DNA from: Gemmatimonadota bacterium
GTDB lineage: Bacteria > Gemmatimonadota > Gemmatimonadetes > Longimicrobiales > RSA9
Direction of reading: 5' to 3'
NCBI GenBank assembly: GCA_040905425.1
Contig: JBBDRO010000014.1
Location: 24,454-57,882 of the forward strand
DNA: 33,429 bases
Below the pieces are notes generated by a model. It saw only the letters and a program-made list of their open reading frames with translations, did no database searches and was not told the DNA's origin. The translations under genes were made by a program, and so were the position numbers. Shown in pieces: positions 27,890-33,429 of the stretch. Numbering within the stretch: position 1 is the first letter of the stretch; each line of letters opens with the position of its first letter.

Positions 27890-27990
27890 GGGACTACCGG
27901 AGGAAATCGGGCAGCACAGGCAATTCCCTTTCGACGGAGGGACATCCGCAAACTCTGCTACTGCACAGAAGTGATTGTGCGGAGGTGACG

Positions 27991-28434
27991 ATGAGACGCG
28001 TTTTAGGCGTCACAATCGTCCTCCTTCTCGCGCTCGTTTGCCTGCCCGCGGACGCATACGCCCAGACGGCGGGAACGGGCGGCCGAGATCGTGGCTTTCA
28101 GCTGGGAGCCGCTTTCCCCAATCCCTTCAATCCGGAGACGAAGATCCCCTTCACACTCGGGGAGTCGCTCTTCGAAGGGGGGAAGACGGTGAAGGTGACG
28201 ATGGTGATCTACAACGTGCTGATGGTACGTGTGGCGATCCCCACGGCGCTGGATACCGAACAGGGGCACGCAGCAAAGCTGGAGAACCTGGAGTACAGTA
28301 CGCCGGGCCGGAAAGTGGCCCACTTTGACGGGCTTGATCGGAACGGCAATCAGGTAGCCAGCGGGATTTATCTGTACCAGCTGATCGTCAATGGAGTGCC
28401 ATCACCACTCCAGAGGATGGTCGTAGCGAAGTAA
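27991..28434 (+). CDS. Small secreted protein consisting of a FlgD-Ig / T9SS-CTD-like domain
   Basis: SD ggaggt; signal peptide ending AYA|Q; FQLGAAFPNPFNPETKIPFTL, IYNVL, FDGLDRNGNQVASGIYLYQL. Confidence 0.8.
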   Translation: MRRVLGVTIVLLLALVCLPADAYAQTAGTGGRDRGFQLGAAFPNPFNPETKIPFTLGESLFEGGKTVKVTMVIYNVLMVRVAIPTALDTEQGHAAKLENLEYSTPGRKVAHFDGLDRNGNQVASGIYLYQLIVNGVPSPLQRMVVAK

Positions 28435-28439
28435 GCCGA

Positions 28440-28476
28440 GCGCCGGCTCCCGTGAGGGGGCCGGCGCCGGTGTTTT
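28440..28476 (+). terminator. Intrinsic terminator between convergent genes
   Basis: 12-bp stem gcgccggctccc / gggggccggcgc with GTGA loop, followed by cggtgtttt. Confidence 0.75.
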
Positions 28477-28498
28477 GAGGGGGGCTGCAGAGCTGCGA

Positions 28499-28951
28499 TC
28501 AGGCGGCCTGGGACTCCAGCAAGCCCAGGAACTCGTCGGCGCTCTCGATGCGGTCCAGACTGCCCGACACCTCCACGTTCTTGGCGAACTGCGCCAGCTT
28601 GCCGAGCACCGGCAGGTACTGGTTGCTCACCTCGAGCGGGGGCGCCACGATCAGAAAGAAGTGGTGCACGGGCTGACTGTCGATCGCGCCGAAATCCACG
28701 CCCGCCGGCTTGCGCCCGAAGGCCACCCGGAGTTCGTCGACCACCAGCGATCGACAGTGGGGAATGGCAATGCCGCGCCCGATCCCGGTGGACCCCAGGT
28801 TCTCCCGGCGCTTGAGCATCTTGTAGAGGATGCCTTCGCTCTTCTCGTCCAGTCCCAGCAGGGAGATGAGCTCCTTCAGGATCTCGTCCTTGGATGCTCC
28901 CTGGAGCTGCAGTCGAATGGCATCTCTATCGAAAAAATCACGCAATTCCAT
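28499..28951 (-). CDS. ptsN: PTS EIIA, fructose/nitrogen-regulatory (PtsN-like)
   Basis: RENLGSTGIGRGIAIPHCR, FGAIDSQPV; SD ggaggt. Confidence 0.85.
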   Translation of the reverse strand: MELRDFFDRDAIRLQLQGASKDEILKELISLLGLDEKSEGILYKMLKRRENLGSTGIGRGIAIPHCRSLVVDELRVAFGRKPAGVDFGAIDSQPVHHFFLIVAPPLEVSNQYLPVLGKLAQFAKNVEVSGSLDRIESADEFLGLLESQAA

Positions 28952-28997
28952 GGTACCTCCAACAGGGTGTCACCGCCGTAAGAGCGGGACGCCGCGA

Positions 28998-29026
28998 ATA
29001 ATAGACCTGCCGCAGAAGTGTGTCAA
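28998..29026 (-). promoter_or_regulatory. Near-consensus sigma70 promoter for the ptsN-like gene
   Basis: Minus strand TTGACA (29026-29021), 17 bp, TATTAT (29003-28998). Confidence 0.75.
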
Positions 29027-29041
29027 AAGCGCCCCGGGCAA

Positions 29042-29070
29042 TTGATCGCCGGCCGTCGGGCCTGTAACTT
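29042..29070 (+). promoter_or_regulatory. sigma70-type promoter for dusB (probably leaderless)
   Basis: ttgatc-17 bp-taactt, ending 5 nt before ATG 29076. Confidence 0.6.
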
Positions 29071-29075
29071 CGTCC

Positions 29076-30071
29076 ATGTTCGAGAATCTCATGGCCCGTC
29101 TGCGGGACGGCTCCGTCCCGCTCTATCTGGCGCCCCAGGCGGGCGTCAGCGAATCACCCTTCCGCCGGCTGTGCCGCGGCTTCGGGGCCGACGTGGTGGT
29201 CAGCGAATTCGTCAGCGCCGAGGGGATACGGCGCGGCAGCGAGCGTACGCACGACTACCTGCGCTTCGACCCCGCGGAGCGTCCCATCGGGGTGCAGATC
29301 TTCGGCGGCCAGGCCGCCGCCATGGGCGAAGCGGCGGCGCTCGTGGAGGAACTCTACGCGCCCGACTTCCTGGACATCAACTTCGGCTGCCCGGTGAAGA
29401 AGGTGGTCAAGCGCAACGGCGGCTCCGGGTGCCTCCGGGACCTGGGCCTGGTCGAGGACATCATTCGCGCCGTGGCGGGCGCCATCTCCATCCCCACGAC
29501 GGTGAAGATCCGCAGCGGCTGGAGCGAGGAGCAGCGTAATCCCGTGGAGATCGGCCTGCGCTGCCAGGACGCCGGCGCGCGCGTGCTCACGCTCCACGCC
29601 CGTACGCGCACGCAGATGTACTCGGGCCAGGCCGACTGGGACGAGATCGGTGCGCTGGTGGAGGCCCTGGACATCCCGGTGGTCGGCAACGGGGACGTAT
29701 GGACCGGAGAGGATGCGCGGCGCATGCGCGAGCATACCGGCTGCGCGGGCATCATGATCGCGCGCGGCTCGCATGGCGCGCCCTGGATCTTCTCCCAGGC
29801 CCGCGCCGCCCTGGAGGGTCGAGCCGTGCCGGTGGCGCCCGGCGTGGCCGAGCGCTTCCGGGTGGTCCTGGAGCATGCCCGGAACGCCATAGCCTTCGAG
29901 CGGGACGAGGAGCGGGCCATGCGCGAGTTCCGTAAGCACCTCGGCTGGTACACCAAGGGTCTGCCCGACGGCCGCACGCTCCGCCAGGAGCTCTTCCAGG
30001 TGCGCACGCTCGCCGAAGCTGAAGCGCGCCTGGAGGCCTACCGCCTCCAGTGGTCCAAAGTGGCGGCGTGA
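29076..30071 (+). CDS. dusB: tRNA dihydrouridine synthase
   Basis: LAPQAGVS, DINFGCPVKKV, TVKIRSGW, LHARTR, GNGDV, FRKHLGWY. Confidence 0.93.
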   Translation: MFENLMARLRDGSVPLYLAPQAGVSESPFRRLCRGFGADVVVSEFVSAEGIRRGSERTHDYLRFDPAERPIGVQIFGGQAAAMGEAAALVEELYAPDFLDINFGCPVKKVVKRNGGSGCLRDLGLVEDIIRAVAGAISIPTTVKIRSGWSEEQRNPVEIGLRCQDAGARVLTLHARTRTQMYSGQADWDEIGALVEALDIPVVGNGDVWTGEDARRMREHTGCAGIMIARGSHGAPWIFSQARAALEGRAVPVAPGVAERFRVVLEHARNAIAFERDEERAMREFRKHLGWYTKGLPDGRTLRQELFQVRTLAEAEARLEAYRLQWSKVAA

Positions 30072-30853
30072 ACCCCGCGGAACTGCACCGCTTGCTGGCG
30101 GCCGTTGCTGAGGGCGGGGCCACGGTCGAGGATGCGGCCCGCCGCCTGGCCGGCCTGGCCACCGAAGACGTGACGGGGGCGGACGGCGCGGCTGCCTGGG
30201 CACGGCTGGACCATCATCGCGGCATCCGTGTGGGCATGCCGGAGGTGGTGTTCGGGCAGGGTAAGACCACCAGCCAGGTAGTCGAGATCTGCGCGCGCCT
30301 GGCCGCACGGGAACGGGGATTCCTGGCCACGCGCGTGAGGCCGGCCACCGCCACGGCATTACGCGAGCGATTTCCCGCGGTCGAGGTGAATGAACTGGCT
30401 CGCACGGTGCGCCTGGCGGGCACGGAGCCGCCCCCCGCCGGACTCGGGCCGGTCCTCGTGGCCTCGGCCGGCACGGCGGACATGCCCGTGGCCGAGGAGG
30501 CCGCCGTGAGCGCCGCGGCCTTCGGCAATCCCGTCGAGCGGCTCTACGACGTGGGTGTGGCCGGGCTGCACCGCCTGCTGGCCCATGAGGAAACGCTGCG
30601 CCGCGCCGCCGTGGTCATCGTGGTGGCCGGCATGGAGGGGGCCCTGCCGTCCGTGGTCGGTGGCCTGGTGGCCGCGCCGGTTGTGGCGGTCCCCACCAGC
30701 GTGGGCTACGGCGCCTCGTTCGGCGGTGTGGCCGCCCTCCTCTCCATGCTGAACAGCTGCGCGGCGGGCATCACGGTGGTCAATATCGACAATGGCTTCG
30801 GCGCGGCGTGCGCCGCCACGCGCATCAACGGTCTGCGGGCCCGGGTCTCGTGA
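30068..30853 (+). CDS. larB: Nickel-pincer cofactor biosynthesis protein LarB (AIR carboxylase-like)
   Basis: ARLDHHR, PEVVFGQGK, AGTADMPVAEEA, DVGVAGLHRL, AGMEGALPSV, PTSVGYG, VVNIDNGFGA; GTGA overlap. Confidence 0.93.
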   Translation: MNPAELHRLLAAVAEGGATVEDAARRLAGLATEDVTGADGAAAWARLDHHRGIRVGMPEVVFGQGKTTSQVVEICARLAARERGFLATRVRPATATALRERFPAVEVNELARTVRLAGTEPPPAGLGPVLVASAGTADMPVAEEAAVSAAAFGNPVERLYDVGVAGLHRLLAHEETLRRAAVVIVVAGMEGALPSVVGGLVAAPVVAVPTSVGYGASFGGVAALLSMLNSCAAGITVVNIDNGFGAACAATRINGLRARVS

Positions 30854-32643
30854 GCCGGGGCGCGCGCCCCATCCTCCTCGGGGGTGGCGTGCTCATACTC
30901 GTCCTGCTGGGCACCGGCGGGATGCGCTCGCCCCTCCTCCCGCTGGCCGCCGGCTGGTTCGCGCTGGCTGGCGCACGCGGGCCGCGCCACCTGGCGGTGG
31001 CCATCACGCTGGCCTTCCTCACGCTGCTTCTCGTAAGCGACGGTCTCCTCTTCGGATTCGGTGCGCACGGCCTCGTTGCCGGCGCGGCCAGCCTCGCGGT
31101 GGGCGGCGGCGCCGCCTTGGCCTGGCGGGCCGGCCGGCGCGCCGATGGCGCCATGCGGGACCGTCTGCGCCGCATCGATGCCGAGCTGGACGCCGGGCTG
31201 GCCGCCAGCGTGGAGGCGGACGCCGCCGCCCGTGCGCACGAGCTGGCGGATGCCCTGGAGGACCTCCGCCTGCGCTCGGGCGCCCGCCGGGTGGTGCTCT
31301 GGTGGGTGGATGAAGAGGCCGCGCAGGCCCGCCCGCGGAGCGCCGTGGGCGGCAGCGCGCCCCGCACGGTGGATCTGCGGGGTGACCCGCTGGGCTGGGT
31401 CTGGCAGGAGGGCAGGGGCACGGCCTTCGACTCCACGCCCTACTGGGGCCTCCGCGGCACGCGCCCCACCGTGCTCCGCGTGCGGCCCGCCCCCGGCGGC
31501 ATGCTGCTGAGCTATGAATTCGGCGCGGAGGCCACCGCCCCCGAGCCCATGGCGCTGGAGGGCGCCGCTGGAGCGCTGGAGGGACGCCTGGCGCTGCTGG
31601 ACGCGCTGGCCGGCGCCGCCCACCAACGCAGGCGCCTGGAAGCGTTGCGCCACGCGCTGCGGGAGCTGCCCGCGCAGCGGGAGCAGCCCGCCTTCGCCGA
31701 GCTCCTGCTCACCCTTGCCGTGGACATGGTGGAGGGCACCGGCGGGGCCCTGGCCACGTGGGACGGGGAGCGGGGCCAGGTGATAGGCAGCCTCGGGGAG
31801 GATGGCGGACCGGCGGTGGGTGCCGCGTACCAATCGCTCGAGTCGGAGGCCGCGCTTGCCGTACGCGCGGGCGCCACCTTACTGCGCGAGGCCTACCGAG
31901 GGCGCCGCAAAGGGCCCGCTGTGGTGGCCCGGGGCGAACTCTGGGCGGCCCGGCCGCGCGCCGTGCTCGCCGTACCCCTCACCACGGCGGACGGCGTGGC
32001 TGGCGTACTCACGGTATGGTCGAGTGCCGCGGACCATTTCTCTCCCGGCAGTGTGGATCTCCTGGAAGCGCTTGCCCCGCATGCGGGGATGCAGCTGGCG
32101 AGCGTCCTGGATTACGGGCGCATGCGTGAGCGCTCGGAACGCGATCCCCTGACCAACCTGCGCAATCGCCGTGCACTGGACGCGGCTCTGGAGCAGGAGG
32201 GGCCGCGCGCCCGCCGCTACGCCCGGTCGCTGGCCGTCGTAGCGCTGGACGTGGACCATTTCAAGCCGGTGAACGATCGCTACGGTCACGCCGCCGGTGA
32301 CGCCGTGTTGCGCCGCGTGGCGGTGGTGCTGTCGGAGGGCGTGCGGGACGTGGACGTGGCCGCGCGCGTGGGCGGGGAGGAGTTCGTGCTGGTGCTGCCG
32401 GAGACATCCGCGGCCGCCGCCCGGGAGGTGGCGGAACGGCTCCGGGCCGCCATCGCGTCCACCGTCGTGGAGCACGAGGGAGAGCGGATCCAGGTGCGCG
32501 TATCCGCGGGTGTGGCGGCGTGGCCGGAATCCGCGGGTGCGCCCGCCGACCTCCTGGAGGCGGCGGACGCCGCCCTGTACACCTCCAAGCAGAACGGTCG
32601 GGACCGGGTCAGCGTGGCCCCGCCAGCCGTACCGGCCCGCTAG
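30850..32643 (+). CDS. Membrane-anchored GAF-containing diguanylate cyclase
   Basis: N-terminal TM helices, GAF-like segment, DPLTNLRNRR, DVDHFKPVNDRYGH, RDVD I-site and GGEEF; GTG 30850 overlaps the larB stop. Confidence 0.92.
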   Translation: MSRGARPILLGGGVLILVLLGTGGMRSPLLPLAAGWFALAGARGPRHLAVAITLAFLTLLLVSDGLLFGFGAHGLVAGAASLAVGGGAALAWRAGRRADGAMRDRLRRIDAELDAGLAASVEADAAARAHELADALEDLRLRSGARRVVLWWVDEEAAQARPRSAVGGSAPRTVDLRGDPLGWVWQEGRGTAFDSTPYWGLRGTRPTVLRVRPAPGGMLLSYEFGAEATAPEPMALEGAAGALEGRLALLDALAGAAHQRRRLEALRHALRELPAQREQPAFAELLLTLAVDMVEGTGGALATWDGERGQVIGSLGEDGGPAVGAAYQSLESEAALAVRAGATLLREAYRGRRKGPAVVARGELWAARPRAVLAVPLTTADGVAGVLTVWSSAADHFSPGSVDLLEALAPHAGMQLASVLDYGRMRERSERDPLTNLRNRRALDAALEQEGPRARRYARSLAVVALDVDHFKPVNDRYGHAAGDAVLRRVAVVLSEGVRDVDVAARVGGEEFVLVLPETSAAAAREVAERLRAAIASTVVEHEGERIQVRVSAGVAAWPESAGAPADLLEAADAALYTSKQNGRDRVSVAPPAVPAR

Positions 32644-32800
32644 CTCGCCGCCCTTCGGACGGTTCATTATCGCGTGATATCCATCGCGGAGCGGAACCAC
32701 GCGATCACCTGGAACATACATCAAGTGTCGCTGTCCAAGTAGCGGCTCTACAACCAGATAACAGCATCCTATCCGGGCTTTGTCAGAGCTGTGAAACACC

Positions 32801-32829
32801 TTGACCCGGGACGTCAATTCCGTTACTTT
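32801..32829 (+). promoter_or_regulatory. sigma70-type promoter for ssrA
   Basis: TTGACC-17 bp-TACTTT, 9 nt before the mature 5' end. Confidence 0.75.
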
Positions 32830-32838
32830 GTGCGTGCA

Positions 32839-33201
32839 GGGGCCGACCTGGATTCGACGTGTCTAGTGAAGTCGGAGCTGCGTGCCGAGGTCCCGTGGCC
32901 TCGCTAAACACCGGGAAAACACCATAGGTGCCAACAACAACATGGCGCTGGCCGCGTAACTAAACCTTACGTGTCCCGTCTGCCGAGCGACCCGGCCCGA
33001 GGTGGCGCGGCAGGCGACGATGAATCGGGCTGGTCCAGGCGCATTGCTCTGCGGCGCACGGATGAGATAAAGCGGAGCTGGTCCCCGGATGGCTGTCCAT
33101 CGGCCGAACCCGTGGGACGAGAAAAAAACAACGGTGGACTACGCACGTAGATGCACTGCCGGATCTATTCGCGGACGGGGGTTCGACTCCCCCCGGCTCC
33201 A
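32839..33201 (+). ncRNA. ssrA: tmRNA, tag peptide (A)ANNNMALAA
   Basis: 5' GGGGCCGACCTGGATTCGAC; 3' T-arm GGGGGTTCGACTCCCCC plus CGGCTCCA; acceptor stem with G3:U pair; tag frame gcc aac aac aac atg gcg ctg gcc gcg taa at 32930-32959. Confidence 0.97.
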
Positions 33202-33203
33202 TT

Positions 33204-33239
33204 CGAGCGCCCGGACCAGCCAAAAGGTCCGGGCGCTCG
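33204..33239. terminator. Hairpin immediately after ssrA, probable terminator
   Basis: 14-bp perfect inverted repeat cgagcgcccggacc / ggtccgggcgctcg with an 8-nt loop; no strong U-tract. Confidence 0.65.
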
Positions 33240-33346
33240 CTGCTTCCAGGGCGTCCGGCCGTCGATCCCCCGTCCGGCGCGCCACGGGGGTGACCGCTCC
33301 GGTGGCGCTGACGCGCGCTCGGGAGGAAGGTGCGGGGCGTCGTCGC

Positions 33347-33429
33347 TTACCACCCTATGCGGACGCGGATCTCAGGCTTGAAGGCGCTCGGATCGTCGCG
33401 GACGGCCTGGATGAGGGTCTGGGCGTCGA
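33347..33429 (-). CDS. 3' end of a gene entering from the right edge (...DAQTLIQAVRDDPSAFKPEIRVRIGW*), possibly MlaD/MCE-like
   Basis: Open minus-strand frame with host-like GC-ending codons and a TAA stop. The family guess rests only on a loose C-terminal resemblance. Confidence 0.55.
   Translation of the reverse strand, partial: DAQTLIQAVRDDPSAFKPEIRVRIGW

Noticed and set aside
27911..27970. Resemblance to a c-di-GMP-I (GEMM) riboswitch (GGCAA...stem...CGCAAA)
   Set aside because: It lacks the GNRA tetraloop and a recognisable P2/receptor. Kept only as a generic structured leader pending an Rfam search.
32960..33381. ORFs 32960-33223, 33151-33381 and 33165-33353
   Set aside because: They overlap the tmRNA and its hairpin and have no protein features.
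33202..33429. Genomic island or prophage integrated at ssrA
   Set aside because: No integrase, att duplication or compositional shift in the visible sequence.

Overview
A very GC-rich, gene-dense chromosomal core region. Almost everything is on the + strand, and many genes are coupled by overlapping stop/start codons. Gene content, gene order and the tmRNA tag suggest Gemmatimonadota (inference from recall, not a search). In order: a 5'-truncated PilB/GspE-family ATPase-like protein with degenerate catalytic motifs fused to a receiver domain, followed by Hpt-REC-Hpt-REC; rlmD, a biotin carrier protein and a methylmalonyl-CoA mutase large subunit; an FmdB-type zinc ribbon, argS, a PfkB kinase, purM and a putative outer-membrane barrel; ribD-ribE-ribBA-ribH-nusB and a GT4 glycosyltransferase; hpf, hprK, mannose-class PTS IIA/B/C/D, ptsH and ptsI; metK, DUF151, a membrane protein, recO and selB; a stand-alone FlgD-Ig/T9SS-CTD-like secreted protein with its own promoter, structured leader and terminator; a divergent ptsN-like EIIA; dusB, larB and a diguanylate cyclase; tmRNA; and the 3' end of a minus-strand gene. 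I saw no CRISPR array, transposase or integrase. The best novelty candidates are the pseudo-ATPase/phosphorelay cluster, the stand-alone sorting-domain-like gene with its leader RNA, the dusB-larB-DGC operon and a 7-codon mini-ORF bridging hpf and hprK. Most of the window is ordinary housekeeping.
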